Shown: positions 1 to 9,596, counted from the stretch's first letter. The stretch is DNA of 25,606 nt from a virus (IMGVR_UViG_648276669_000005:1-25606), one strand, 5' to 3'. The notes: generated by a model not told the origin, from the sequence alone. A program made the numbers and translations.

Positions 1-1053
1 TTACGGGGTAATGCCAACCGCTGCCGCCACTTTGTCGCCACTTGGCAGCGTTGCCAGAGGGTTGAAACGGAGCGCCGTTTCCAGATGATCCGGTGCCAGA
101 TGTGCGTAACGCATCGTCATTTTTATATCGTGATGCCCGAGAATTTTTTGTAAGGCCAGGATGTTTCCACCCGACATCATAAAATGCGCCGCAAACGTAT
201 GACGCAGAACGTGTGTCAGTTGACCGCGAGGGAGCACGATAGACGTTTTTTCCATCACGGATAAAAATTGAAAATAGCAGTCTTTAAAGAAATTGAACCC
301 ATCAAGTGCCATAATCTCTTCGTAAAGCTCTTTACTGATGGGAATGCTTCTGTTTTTCTTCCCCTTCGTTCTGACAAAGGTAATTCGGTATTTAGTCACC
401 TGTGAACGGGTAAGATTTATTGCTTCTCGCCAGCGTGCGCCTGTGCTTAAGCATATCTTGACTACCAGTGCCAGAATTGGGTCCTGACGTTTGCAATCAG
501 CCAGCAATTCAACAATCTGTTCATGGGTAAGCCATGCCATCTCTTTTTCTGCGATGGTGAATTTTCGCATGTTCTCCAGTGGGTTCGGATACGACCATTC
601 GCCCAGGCGGGATAGTTCGCTAAAAACACTACTTAGATAGCTTTGCTCCAGGTTAACGGTGACCGGGCTTGCTCCTTTCTTCCATTTTTCGCTGAAGTAG
701 ATCTCTCCTGTCAGGCGTTTATCTCGATAGTGGGCAAACATTTTAGAGGTGAGATCGGTTGCAATGGGATTTCCCAGAGCGTCAACCATCAACAGCAATT
801 TGTCATAGACATGCTGCCCAGCCGTCAGAGATTTACCATGTAGTTTGAACCATAGCTCAACCACGTCTTTCAGTGTTCGACGATCCACTGATTCACCCAG
901 CCAGGGTTTTGCTTCGGTTTCTTCCATCGTGTGACGCTCAAAAGCCAATGCTTCACCCTTAGTTGCAAACTGCTTACGCACACGCCGCCCATTGCGCCCG
1001 GCGGGGTAGCATTCACAAATCCATTTACCTGTGTTGAGTTTTCGTACTGCCAT
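1..1053 (-). CDS. int: P2/186-family tyrosine integrase
   Basis: 350 aa from first ATG (pos 1053, GAGGA RBS upstream); ORF-track start at 1080 is TTG. C-terminal HVLRH...HHDIKMTMRYAH fits the tyrosine recombinase R-H-R-Y catalytic pattern; resembles P2 Int as recalled. Stop at window pos 1-3, so att lies outside the window. Confidence 0.9.
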   Translation of the reverse strand: MAVRKLNTGKWICECYPAGRNGRRVRKQFATKGEALAFERHTMEETEAKPWLGESVDRRTLKDVVELWFKLHGKSLTAGQHVYDKLLLMVDALGNPIATDLTSKMFAHYRDKRLTGEIYFSEKWKKGASPVTVNLEQSYLSSVFSELSRLGEWSYPNPLENMRKFTIAEKEMAWLTHEQIVELLADCKRQDPILALVVKICLSTGARWREAINLTRSQVTKYRITFVRTKGKKNRSIPISKELYEEIMALDGFNFFKDCYFQFLSVMEKTSIVLPRGQLTHVLRHTFAAHFMMSGGNILALQKILGHHDIKMTMRYAHLAPDHLETALRFNPLATLPSGDKVAAAVGITP

Positions 1054-1135
1054 AAAAAAGTCCTCATGTCTGAGGACCAAATTTAACTGTATGTTTGAAC
1101 AGTGGTCAATGTTTAAAGATCTTCAATTAAACATT

Positions 1136-2467
1136 TCATTGGAGCAAGAAAACTTTTAAGGTGTTTTTGAATATTCTAACAGGGTCTTCTACACCTGCAT
1201 TTCCTTTTAAAATATGATAATCACTTATTTCAGCCCATCTGTTTTTTTCATCGTTTTCAGAAGGAAGTAAAGGAGAACCTTCTGGCATATATTTATAAGT
1301 TATACCAAATAATGCATAATAGTAGATGTTGATGTTATATTGATCTGTCTGATATGGGAGTCTATTAACACCGAAGAAATTGATTATTAATTGTGCATCT
1401 ATTTTATCTTCTACGTAGTTAAGGGCCAGTTCACGACCAAACGAATAAAGAATTACTGCAAGGGTTCGATAACAGCAATAGCCTGGTATAAATTTATTGC
1501 TGATTTCATTTTGAGATAAAATTTGATAAATTTCTAGATATCTTGATAAGGTTTCAACTTCCCGTAGCGACAAGCCTTTTAGTTCGATAAATTTTTGAAC
1601 TATATGAATACTACTTTCTCCAATTTCTTTTAGTCTTTCAGACTCGTTACATAGCATTCTAAAATGAGAGTTCGAAGCCAAAATTTTATCGTAATTGTTT
1701 TCAGTGAAAGTCACTGGCAGGCTGTAAGTGAATTTTATAAATTTATCAAGATATCTTTCTGAGTCAACACCTGCACCGTAAATATGATTTATTGATGCTT
1801 TCAATTGTGAGATGTTAGCAACTAACAAGAAGTTAAGATTTTCAGTGTCAAAAACATGTTTTATATTTTCGATGATAGAGATGGCAAAGCTTGGTTTACA
1901 ACGGTCAAGTTCGTCAATGATAATTGTTATTTTATTTTCGCTAGTTAGTTCAGCAAGTACTTCCTTGAGAGCAAGCAAATGTTTCTTTGCTTCAATATGA
2001 TCATCAAGCAGTGCTTCTACAGTACCATCTATAGCTGAGTTAGCCGCATCTTTAATAGCATCTTCGAATTCATCCGCAATATCATCTGCATTTTGTTTTA
2101 AAATCCACCCAGCGCCAGCTTTGAGTACAGTTTTAAGTCCAAATCTCAATGCTGGTAATGCCTTTGATATTAATTCCTTCTTTTCACTCTCTGGATATAA
2201 TGCAACTATTGCAGCCATTATAGTAAGTATGGGAGCATCATTATGATCTTCAGTAAATGCATCAATATATACTACTTTATGCCCAGATTCATTTTTTTCA
2301 ATCAATGCCGCTAATTTTTTTGAAAATTCGGTTTTACCGGTACCCCAGTCCCCATCGATAACAATAGGGGATATTTTTAAGGGGGACTCGAGTAAGCTTA
2401 TTATTTTTTCAGCAATGATTTTTCTATTATACTCATCTCTGTTTTCAAAAGTCATATCATTATTCAT
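1136..2467 (-). CDS. KAP-family-like P-loop NTPase (cargo gene)
   Basis: Walker A GDWGTGKT with the Trp typical of KAP NTPases, Walker B IIIDELDRC (KAP-type hhhhD[DE]LDR). No obvious TM insert. First ATG at 2467; 2476 is TTG. Strongly AT-rich relative to phage backbone. Confidence 0.6.
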   Translation of the reverse strand: MNNDMTFENRDEYNRKIIAEKIISLLESPLKISPIVIDGDWGTGKTEFSKKLAALIEKNESGHKVVYIDAFTEDHNDAPILTIMAAIVALYPESEKKELISKALPALRFGLKTVLKAGAGWILKQNADDIADEFEDAIKDAANSAIDGTVEALLDDHIEAKKHLLALKEVLAELTSENKITIIIDELDRCKPSFAISIIENIKHVFDTENLNFLLVANISQLKASINHIYGAGVDSERYLDKFIKFTYSLPVTFTENNYDKILASNSHFRMLCNESERLKEIGESSIHIVQKFIELKGLSLREVETLSRYLEIYQILSQNEISNKFIPGYCCYRTLAVILYSFGRELALNYVEDKIDAQLIINFFGVNRLPYQTDQYNINIYYYALFGITYKYMPEGSPLLPSENDEKNRWAEISDYHILKGNAGVEDPVRIFKNTLKVFLLQ

Positions 2468-2478
2468 ATGAAGCAACC

Positions 2479-2664
2479 TTAGTTTTTAGAACATATTTTC
2501 TTTGACTTGCTTGGCGTTCCATCATTGCAAACGAACTTCCCATCAGATGTACAATGTGAAACTCCCCCTTTCTTACCAGAACATGGATAATTTTTTGCAA
2601 AACTTGTAATAGGTAAAGTAATAAATAAACAAATAAGTAGGATATGTATAGATTTATAAAACAT
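2479..2664 (-). CDS. small secreted Cys-rich protein (signal peptide, about 38-aa mature part with 4 Cys)
   Basis: [23 protein letters not shown] looks like a Sec signal peptide; AAGGAA RBS 6 nt before the second ATG (2664). Mature part [38 protein letters not shown]. Stop 3 nt upstream of the NTPase start, so probably co-transcribed. Confidence 0.5.
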   Translation of the reverse strand: MFYKSIHILLICLFITLPITSFAKNYPCSGKKGGVSHCTSDGKFVCNDGTPSKSKKICSKN

Positions 2665-2687
2665 ATTTATTTCCTTATACATTAATT

Positions 2688-3251
2688 TTAATAATTGACG
2701 ATCGCGCTTCTAATTTTTCCTATGATATCAATTTCATCTATTTTGCATTCAAAGGAACTGCTGCCGCCATCGACATTTAGACGACGTCCCGGCAGTCTTG
2801 TCAGATTCCTGATAGCAACCTCGCCATCAATATCAACGATCCACTTACCATCACGTACATCCTCATAATCCGAATCACAGATAAACTCTGATGCGCCATC
2901 GATCACAACAAAAGGTTTTTTTAGTTTTTCAGGCAAAAAGTTGTTGTCGAAAATGTAGTAACCATCAGGAAGTAGTTTTCCGCTTGATAAAATCTTCCTT
3001 TCGATCTCTTTTGTGTTTTCTTTTTGTGAACTTTCTTTTGAACCTTGCCCAGTAGTTAGCCACTCTAGCGACGTGCCGGTTTCAAGTGCACATTGGATTA
3101 CCCATTCTGCCGGGAATGAATCACGCATATAGCGCGTGGCTAAGGTGCTTTTAGAAATGCCCAAATGATCACACAAAGCTTGTCTTGTCTTGAAACCATA
3201 GGCTTCAACCATGCGCTCTATGGCCCCACGACCGCCTTTTTCCAAATTCAT
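2688..3251 (-). CDS. cI: 186-type CI immunity repressor
   Basis: N-terminal ...VEAYGF...[16 protein letters not shown] and C-terminal ...[37 protein letters not shown] match my recollection of coliphage 186 CI. ATG at 3251 preceded by GGAG. Confidence 0.8.
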   Translation of the reverse strand: MNLEKGGRGAIERMVEAYGFKTRQALCDHLGISKSTLATRYMRDSFPAEWVIQCALETGTSLEWLTTGQGSKESSQKENTKEIERKILSSGKLLPDGYYIFDNNFLPEKLKKPFVVIDGASEFICDSDYEDVRDGKWIVDIDGEVAIRNLTRLPGRRLNVDGGSSSFECKIDEIDIIGKIRSAIVNY

Positions 3252-3376
3252 GGTCACTCCAAGTGAACTTTTACCTTGACGATTTCATGATGTGATCGTA
3301 TGTTTGCAGTGTTCACATAATACAAACGATCAGTATTCATCCTGATTAATCATTGCTAAAAGAGGAATGTTGCATC
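3252..3376. promoter_or_regulatory. lysis/lysogeny switch region between cI and apl (expected pR/pL promoters and CI operators)
   Basis: 125-bp divergent intergenic region between the repressor and the first early gene; contains partial inverted repeats (gatcgtatgtttg ... caaacgatcag). Operator positions not resolved. Confidence 0.4.
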
Positions 3377-3598
3377 ATGAGACCTAACATTTCAATCACT
3401 CTCATCACCCCCCACGTTACTATAGAAAGATATAGTGAACTCACTGGCTTATCTATCGACACAATTAACGACATGCTTGCAGATGGGCGTTTGCCTCGTC
3501 ATCGCCTACGTAAGGATAAAAAGCGTGAAAAAGTGATGATTAACATTGCTGCGATGACGATCGATGCCCTCTCTGATTGCAACGTGACTATCAACTAG
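3377..3598 (+). CDS. apl: Apl/Cox-like small HTH excisionase-repressor
   Basis: First gene of rightward operon opposite cI; 73 aa from ATG 3377 with AAAGAGGAA RBS; position and size match Apl (186) / Cox (P2). Confidence 0.55.
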   Translation: MRPNISITLITPHVTIERYSELTGLSIDTINDMLADGRLPRHRLRKDKKREKVMINIAAMTIDALSDCNVTIN

Positions 3599-3630
3599 TT
3601 CCATTTTGAGACTTCACGGAGCAACTGACT

Positions 3631-4140
3631 ATGTTTGACTATCGCATTTCAAAACATCCCCATTTCAATGAAGCCTGCCGGGCCTTCGCCCTACGACACA
3701 ACATGGCGAAGCTGGCAGAGCGCGCAGGTATGAACGTTCAAACCTTGCGTAACAAGCTCAACCCGGAACAACCACACCAACTTACTGCGTCAGATATCTG
3801 GCAGTTAACCGATCTCACTGAAGACCCAACACTGGTTGATGGATTTCTGGCTCAGATTCACTGCCTGCCATGTATACCGGTAAATGAGGTGGCAAAAGAG
3901 AGACTGCCACATTACGTCATGAGTGCAACCGCAGAGATCGGGCGTGTTGCTGCAGGTGCGGTTTCTGGCGATGTAAAAACCAGTGCAGGCCGTCGCGATG
4001 CGATCAGCAGCATTAATTCTGTAACACGACTGATGGCGCTGGCGGCTGTTTCATTGCAGGCCCGTTTACAGGCTAATCCTGCGATGGCGAGTGCAGTTGA
4101 TACCGTGACTGGCCTCGGTGCTTCATTCGGTTTGCTGTGA
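3631..4140 (+). CDS. cII: CII-like lysogeny establishment activator (186 type)
   Basis: 169 aa, same length as 186 CII; N-terminal MFDYRISKHPHFNEACRAFALRHNMAKLAERAGMNVQTLRNKLNPEQPHQ resembles 186 CII as recalled; second gene of early operon. Confidence 0.65.
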   Translation: MFDYRISKHPHFNEACRAFALRHNMAKLAERAGMNVQTLRNKLNPEQPHQLTASDIWQLTDLTEDPTLVDGFLAQIHCLPCIPVNEVAKERLPHYVMSATAEIGRVAAGAVSGDVKTSAGRRDAISSINSVTRLMALAAVSLQARLQANPAMASAVDTVTGLGASFGLL

Positions 4141-4147
4141 GGTGCTT

Positions 4148-4444
4148 ATGCTGACGAAAGAACCATCATTTGCATCGCTGCTGATAAAACAAAGCCCGGC
4201 AATGCACTACGGTCACGGCTGGATCATGGGTGAGGATGGTAAACGCTGGCATCCATGTCATTCACAAGATGAATTGCTGTCTGAATTGACCACGAGGAAA
4301 CGGAGAAAGTCAAAATGTATGCAGCGGAAAGTGAAATGGTTTATCAGTTTCGTTACAGAGGGGAGAGTTATTCAGTACCTGAAGATGATTTGCTCTGTTG
4401 CTATCCGTCATTGTCGGGCGATGGCAGTTACTTTTTCGCGTTAA
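4148..4444 (+). CDS. hypothetical early protein (possibly Fil-like); 3' end uncertain
   Basis: ATG 4148 after GAGGTG; N-terminal part looks protein-like, C-terminal part is Cys/Arg-rich and overlaps the next ORF in another frame. Confidence 0.35.
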   Translation: MLTKEPSFASLLIKQSPAMHYGHGWIMGEDGKRWHPCHSQDELLSELTTRKRRKSKCMQRKVKWFISFVTEGRVIQYLKMICSVAIRHCRAMAVTFSR

Positions 4445-4539
4445 AGGATGGGACGTTTTTACGGGGAGAGCAGGTTAAAGAGACGATACGAAAAAATGTA
4501 TCTCCTCTTGAGCGTTACCGTAAGAACAAAGAACGATAG
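4315..4539 (+). CDS. hypothetical early protein
   Basis: 74 aa, GGAG RBS about 10 nt upstream of ATG 4315; protein-like composition. Confidence 0.45.
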   Translation: MYAAESEMVYQFRYRGESYSVPEDDLLCCYPSLSGDGSYFFALKDGTFLRGEQVKETIRKNVSPLERYRKNKER

Positions 4540-4561
4540 CTGCGTTTGGGGGATATGAAGT

Positions 4562-4903
4562 ATGGCAATTAATGGCGCTGCAGCAACTGTTCCATTAAGC
4601 CCCGGTGAACGCCTGAATGGACTTAATCACATTGCGGAGTTAAGGGCGAAAGTTTTTGGCCTGAATATTGAGTCAGAGCTTGAGCGGTTTATTAAAGATA
4701 TGCGTGATCCACGGGATATCAATAATGAACAAAATAAACGGGCACTGGCTGCCATATTCTTTATGGCAAAAATTCCAGCTGAACGTCATAGCATCAGCAT
4801 TAATGAGCTGACCACTGACGAAAAGCGGGAGCTGATTAAAGCAATGAATCATTTTCGTGCAGTGGTGAGCTTATTTCCCAGACGGCTAACCATGCCGAAT
4901 TAA
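4562..4903 (+). CDS. hypothetical early protein
   Basis: 113-aa ORF with ATG 4562 and G-rich RBS; in the early operon. Confidence 0.5.
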   Translation: MAINGAAATVPLSPGERLNGLNHIAELRAKVFGLNIESELERFIKDMRDPRDINNEQNKRALAAIFFMAKIPAERHSISINELTTDEKRELIKAMNHFRAVVSLFPRRLTMPN

Positions 4904-4970
4904 CCAACTAATGAAATTAATGGCGTAAACCCGCCGGGCATCCCTTTATCTAAATTCAGGAGAATTGATT

Positions 4971-5204
4971 ATGCGTAATATTGAAACCCTCACGACTAAA
5001 ACCGGACCGGATGACGCAGGGCTTAATATTTTACTGACAGAGGCTCGTCTGGAAGAACGCCGGGCAAGGGCTGAAGCAATGGCAGCTCGCCTTGATAGCC
5101 TGGCGTGTCATATCTCATCCCGTCAGCTAAACCACGTGGAAGCGGCAGAACTGCTGCGTGTGACTGCTGAAGCAATCCAGAACGAAGCGCAGGAGATCCA
5201 CTAA
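4971..5204 (+). CDS. hypothetical early protein
   Basis: 77 aa from ATG 4971 with AGGAGA RBS 8 nt upstream; the TTG at 4965 is an ORF-track artefact. Confidence 0.5.
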   Translation: MRNIETLTTKTGPDDAGLNILLTEARLEERRARAEAMAARLDSLACHISSRQLNHVEAAELLRVTAEAIQNEAQEIH

Positions 5205-5431
5205 TGGCTGATGCAATGGATCTCGTACAGCAGCGCGTTGAAGAAGAACGCCAGCGCCATATCCGTGCTGCCCGTGCCAAAACGCCGGGCGTGTCCCGCG
5301 TGCTTTGCGTTGAGTGTGAAGCGCCAATTCCGCCAGCACGCCGCCGTGCCATTCCGGGTGTGCAGCTTTGCATTACCTGTCAGGAAATCGCAGAGCTGAA
5401 AGGCAAACATTACAACGGGGGTGCTGTATGA
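5204..5431 (+). CDS. TraR/DksA-family C4 zinc-finger protein
   Basis: 75 aa with CVEC...(17 aa)...CITC four-cysteine spacing typical of TraR/DksA-like phage proteins; start overlaps previous stop. Confidence 0.6.
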   Translation: MADAMDLVQQRVEEERQRHIRAARAKTPGVSRVLCVECEAPIPPARRRAIPGVQLCITCQEIAELKGKHYNGGAV

Positions 5432-6285
5432 GCACCATCCTGAAATGGGCGGGAAATAAAACCGCCGTAATGTCCGAACTGAAAAAACATCTTCCTGCTG
5501 GTCCGCGACTAGTTGAACCTTTCGCGGGTTCCTGTGCTGTGATGATGGAGACGGATTATCCCTGCTATCTGGTTGCGGATATTAATCCTGATTTAATCAA
5601 CCTCTATAAAAAGGTTGCCGCTGATTGTGAATCGTTTATATCTCGCGCCAAAGTTTTATTTGAGATCGCAAACAGGGAGGTGGCTTATTACAACATAAGG
5701 CAGGAGTTTAATTACTCAACTGAAATTACTGATTTCATGAAAGCGGTATATTTCCTGTATCTCAATCGTCACGGTTACCGTGGGTTATGTCGCTATAACA
5801 AGAGCGGGCATTTCAACATTCCCTACGGTAATTATAAAAATCCGTATTTCCCTGAAAAAGAAATTCGCGCTTTTGCAGAAAAAGCCCAGCGAGCAACGTT
5901 TATCTGCGCCAGCTTTGATGAAACGCTGGCGATGTTGAAGGCGGGGGATGTGGTGTATTGCGATCCGCCTTATGACGGTACGTTTTCCGGCTATCACGCT
6001 GACGGCTTTACTGAAGATGACCAGTATCACCTGGCATCCGTTCTTGAACATCGGTCATCAGAAGGACATCCGGCCATTGTTTCTAACAGTGACACATCCC
6101 TGATCCGTTCGCTGTATCGCAATTTTACTCACCACTATATCAAGGTAAAACGCAGCATCGGCGCAGTAGCTGGTGAGAGTAAATCAGCAACAGAAATCAT
6201 TGCTGTTTCCGGGCCGCGCTGCTGGGTGGGATTTGATTATTCGCGTGGCGTGGATAGTTCTGCCGTGTACGGAGTACGTGCATGA
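5428..6285 (+). CDS. dam: DNA N6-adenine methyltransferase (Dam-like)
   Basis: N-terminal LKWAGNK...EPFAGSCAV (AdoMet-binding motif) and catalytic DPPY motif ([10 protein letters not shown]); ATG 5428, stop overlaps A start (ATGA). Confidence 0.75.
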   Translation: MSTILKWAGNKTAVMSELKKHLPAGPRLVEPFAGSCAVMMETDYPCYLVADINPDLINLYKKVAADCESFISRAKVLFEIANREVAYYNIRQEFNYSTEITDFMKAVYFLYLNRHGYRGLCRYNKSGHFNIPYGNYKNPYFPEKEIRAFAEKAQRATFICASFDETLAMLKAGDVVYCDPPYDGTFSGYHADGFTEDDQYHLASVLEHRSSEGHPAIVSNSDTSLIRSLYRNFTHHYIKVKRSIGAVAGESKSATEIIAVSGPRCWVGFDYSRGVDSSAVYGVRA

Positions 6286-8696
6286 GCCATGCCGATATGA
6301 GCAACTGCTGCGGCTTTAACGAGGCTGCCGCATCGTTCTCATGGAACAGCCCGAAAAAGGCCATTAACCCTTATCTGGACCCGGCGGAAGTTGCGCCGGT
6401 TTCTGCGCTTTCAAACCTGATCACTCTGTACGCTGCCGATAACGAGCAGGAACAACTGCGCCGCGAGGCACTGAGTGATCAGGTCTGGGAGCGTTATTTC
6501 TTTAATGAATCCCGTGATCCTGTCCAACGCGAAATAGAGCAGGATAAGCTCATTAGCCGGGCAAAGTTGGCGCATGAGCAGCAGCGTTTTAACCCGGACA
6601 TGGTCATTCTGGCAGACGTCAGCGCCCAGCCCTCCCATATCAGCAAGCCGCTGATGCAACGTATTGAATACTTCAGCAGCCTGGGCAGGCCAAAGGCTTA
6701 TTCCCGCTATTTACGTGAGACGATTAAGCCATGTCTGGAACGACTGGAGCATGTACGCGACAGCCAGCTATCTGCATCTTTTCGTTTTATGGCAAGCCAT
6801 GTAGGGCTGGACGGCCTGCTGATTCTGCCTGAAATGAGTCAGGATCAGGTGAAACGCCTGTCTACCCTTGTCGCTGCGCATATGAGCATGTGCCTTGATG
6901 CAGCTTGTGGTGATTTGTATGCCACCGATGACGTTAAGCCAGAAGAAATCCGCAAGACATGGGAAAAGGTGGCAGCGGAAACCCTGCGTCTGGATGTCAT
7001 CCCGCCTGCGTTTGAGCAACTCCGCCGGAAAAGAAACCGCCGTAAACCCGTGCCCTATGAACTCATTCCGGGTTCGCTGGCGCGTATGTTGTGCGCCGAC
7101 TGGTGGTACCGGAAATTATGGAAAATGCGTTGCGAATGGCGGGAAGAGCAGTTGCGTGCTATCTGCCTGGTCAGCAAAAAAGCATCTCCCTATGTCAGCT
7201 ATGAAGCCGTGATGCATAAACGTGAGCAGCGCCGCAAGTCACTGGAGTTTTTCCGTTCTCATGAACTGGTGAACGAAGAGGGCGACACGCTGGATATGGA
7301 AGACGTGGTAAACGCCAGCAGCAGCAACCCGGCGCACCGCCGCAATGAGATGATGGCCTGTGTTAAAGGTCTGGAGCTTATCGCGGAAATGCGCGGTGAC
7401 TGCGCCGTTTTCTACACCATTACCTGTCCGTCACGTTTCCATTCCACGCTCAATAACGGCAGACCAAACCCAACCTGGACAAATGCGACGGTAAGACAAA
7501 GCAGCGATTATCTGGTCGGCATGTTTGCTGCATTTCGTAAGGCGATGCACAAAGCCGGGTTGCGCTGGTATGGCGTGCGGGTGGCTGAGCCGCATCATGA
7601 CGGTACAGTTCACTGGCACCTGTTGTGTTTCATGCGCAAAAAAGACCGCCGCGCCATTACTGCATTGTTGCGTAAGTTTGCCATCCGTGAAGACCGCGAG
7701 GAACTGGGTAATAACACTGGTCCACGCTTTAAATCTGAGCTGATAAACCCGCGCAAAGGAACGCCGACAAGCTACATCGCGAAATACATCAGTAAGAACA
7801 TTGACGGGCGTGGTCTGGCTGGCGAGATCAGCAAGGAAACGGGTAAATCCCTGCGTGATAACGCTGAATACGTTAATGCCTGGGCGTCTCTGCATCGTGT
7901 TCAGCAATTCCGCTTCTTTGGTATTCCGGGACGTCAGGCTTACCGTGAACTTCGCTTGCTGGCTGGTCAGGCGGCAAGGCAACAGGGTGACAAAAAAGCA
8001 GGTGCGCCGGTACTGGATAACCCGCGCCTTGATGCCATTCTGGCTGCTGCTGATGCTGGTTGTTTTGCCACCTACATCATGAAGCAGGGCGGCGTACTGG
8101 TTCCCCGCAAATATCACCTCATCAGAACCGCTTATGAAATCAACGAAGAGCCAACCGCCTATGGCGATCACGGTATTCGTATTTATGGCATCTGGTCACC
8201 CATTGCAGAGGGCAAGATCTGCACTCATGCAGTGAAGTGGAAAATGGTTCGTAAGGCCGTTGACGTTCAGGAGGCGGCAGCCGACCAGGGCGCTTGCGCC
8301 CCTTGGACTCGTGGCAATAACTGTCCCCTTGCTGAAAATTTGAACCAACAGGAGAAAGATAAATCAGCTGATGGGGACCCCAGAACGGACTTTACCCGCA
8401 TGGATGACAAGGAGTTGCACGATTACCTGCACAGTATGAACAAAAAGGAGCGCCGGGAACTGGCTGCAAGGTTACGCCTGGTGAAACCGAAACGGCGTAG
8501 AGACTACAAACAGCGAATTACAGATCATCAGCGACAGCAGCTCGTCTATGAACTGAAGTCCAGAGGATTTGATGGCAGCGAGAAAGAGGTCGATTTACTC
8601 CTTCGCGGTGGCAGTATTCCGTCAGGAGCAGGCCTGCGTATCTTCTATCGGAACCAGCGTTTGCAGGAAGATGATAAGTGGCGGGATCTGTATTAA
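6282..8696 (+). CDS. A: replication initiation endonuclease gpA (rolling-circle type)
   Basis: 804 aa; HUH-type metal motif (TVHWHLLCF) and tandem-tyrosine motif ([10 protein letters not shown]) characteristic of P2 A protein. Confidence 0.85.
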   Translation: MSHADMSNCCGFNEAAASFSWNSPKKAINPYLDPAEVAPVSALSNLITLYAADNEQEQLRREALSDQVWERYFFNESRDPVQREIEQDKLISRAKLAHEQQRFNPDMVILADVSAQPSHISKPLMQRIEYFSSLGRPKAYSRYLRETIKPCLERLEHVRDSQLSASFRFMASHVGLDGLLILPEMSQDQVKRLSTLVAAHMSMCLDAACGDLYATDDVKPEEIRKTWEKVAAETLRLDVIPPAFEQLRRKRNRRKPVPYELIPGSLARMLCADWWYRKLWKMRCEWREEQLRAICLVSKKASPYVSYEAVMHKREQRRKSLEFFRSHELVNEEGDTLDMEDVVNASSSNPAHRRNEMMACVKGLELIAEMRGDCAVFYTITCPSRFHSTLNNGRPNPTWTNATVRQSSDYLVGMFAAFRKAMHKAGLRWYGVRVAEPHHDGTVHWHLLCFMRKKDRRAITALLRKFAIREDREELGNNTGPRFKSELINPRKGTPTSYIAKYISKNIDGRGLAGEISKETGKSLRDNAEYVNAWASLHRVQQFRFFGIPGRQAYRELRLLAGQAARQQGDKKAGAPVLDNPRLDAILAAADAGCFATYIMKQGGVLVPRKYHLIRTAYEINEEPTAYGDHGIRIYGIWSPIAEGKICTHAVKWKMVRKAVDVQEAAADQGACAPWTRGNNCPLAENLNQQEKDKSADGDPRTDFTRMDDKELHDYLHSMNKKERRELAARLRLVKPKRRRDYKQRITDHQRQQLVYELKSRGFDGSEKEVDLLLRGGSIPSGAGLRIFYRNQRLQEDDKWRDLY

Positions 8697-8788
8697 TTAC
8701 GCGGGTTAACAATTCGTGCTCTTAATAATACCAGGCATATCAGGCTGATGAACGTAAAAAAACGTTTTACATCAGTAAGATTATTATA

Positions 8789-8808
8789 TACTGTAAATAT
8801 AAACAGTG
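8789..8808 (+). promoter_or_regulatory. LexA (SOS) box overlapping a sigma70-like promoter
   Basis: tactgtaaatataaacagtg = CTGT-N8-ACAG with AT-only spacer, 17/20 to consensus TACTGTATATATATACAGTA; TTTACA -35-like hexamer upstream; about 40 nt before an AGGAGG-led ORF. Confidence 0.6.
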
Positions 8809-8849
8809 GTTATACGTACAGCATTGCGTGTGGTGTCATAGGAGGAAAG

Positions 8850-9038
8850 ATGCAGGACTATTTTTTGGAGTCTTTGAAGCTCCAGCGCATTGATTTTTTT
8901 CTTAAGCTTGTAGCGGCTAGTGAGTGTAGTGATGAAGAGAAGGGGCTGGCTCTGCAGTGGGTTTCTGAATTGACTGATGAACTCATGGCAAAAATCAGAA
9001 GCCACGAATACAACCGCTCAATGGATGTCATCAGCTGA
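8850..9038 (+). CDS. small SOS-operon protein, function unknown (possibly Tum-like antirepressor fragment)
   Basis: 62 aa from ATG 8850 with AGGAGG RBS; the longer ORF-track version (8748) would read through the LexA box and is rejected. Confidence 0.45.
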   Translation: MQDYFLESLKLQRIDFFLKLVAASECSDEEKGLALQWVSELTDELMAKIRSHEYNRSMDVIS

Positions 9039-9048
9039 GGTGACTTTT

Positions 9049-9282
9049 ATGCGCATTGAAATAATGATCGATAAAGAGCAGAAGATTAGCCAGTCTACAC
9101 TGGACGCCCTTGAATCCGAGCTTTACCGCAATCTGCGCCCCCTGTATCCCAAAACGGTAATTCGTATCCGCAAAGGTAGCTCTAACGGTGTGGAACTGAC
9201 CGGACTGCAACTGGACGAAGAAAGAAAACAAGTGATGAAAATTATGCAGAAGGTGTGGGAAGACGACAGCTGGCTGCATTAA
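9049..9282 (+). CDS. DinI-family protein
   Basis: 77 aa from ATG 9049 (GAGGTGA RBS); MRIEIMIDK...LDALESEL.R...P...VIRIRKG....ELTGL..EERKQVMKIMQKVWEDDSWL parallels E. coli DinI as recalled (MRIEV...IDALAGEL.RR...P...V.VRY....SVIG...EDKQRISEILQETWESADDWF). Confidence 0.65.
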   Translation: MRIEIMIDKEQKISQSTLDALESELYRNLRPLYPKTVIRIRKGSSNGVELTGLQLDEERKQVMKIMQKVWEDDSWLH

Positions 9283-9460
9283 GAAACGTTGCCCCCAGGA
9301 GGATTCATTCTGATGGGGGCTAGTTTGGGCAACGAGTGAAATAAGGTGTAAGGTCATTTTGATAAATGATCGTCTGCTTTGTGCAAGATGCAAACGTTTC
9401 TTCTGCTAACTTTTGTTAATTAACGAATGGCAGACTAATTCGCAACGGATAATCTGAATT

Positions 9461-9489
9461 TTGTAAGATTATGGGCATTTCTATAAAAT
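9461..9489 (+). promoter_or_regulatory. candidate sigma70 promoter for the 647-aa NTPase gene
   Basis: TTGTAA, 17-bp spacer, TAAAAT in AT-rich intergenic DNA about 100 nt upstream of ATG 9597. Confidence 0.25.
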
Positions 9490-9596
9490 TTACTAATAAT
9501 AACCTTACAATGTACACTACCGATTGAATTTTCCATAGTTGGCCTTTGGCTCTACTTACCATCTATGTTTATGTATTTTATCAAAATGGACTAAAA

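Noticed and set aside
8748-8849. Longer 96-aa version of the small SOS-operon ORF starting at ATG 8748
   Set aside because: It would be translated across the LexA box and promoter; the AGGAGG RBS precedes the internal ATG at 8850.
9546-9596. Upstream extension of the 647-aa NTPase ORF (MALLTIYVYVFYQNGLK...)
   Set aside because: Begins with TTG and has no RBS; first ATG with plausible spacing is at 9597.
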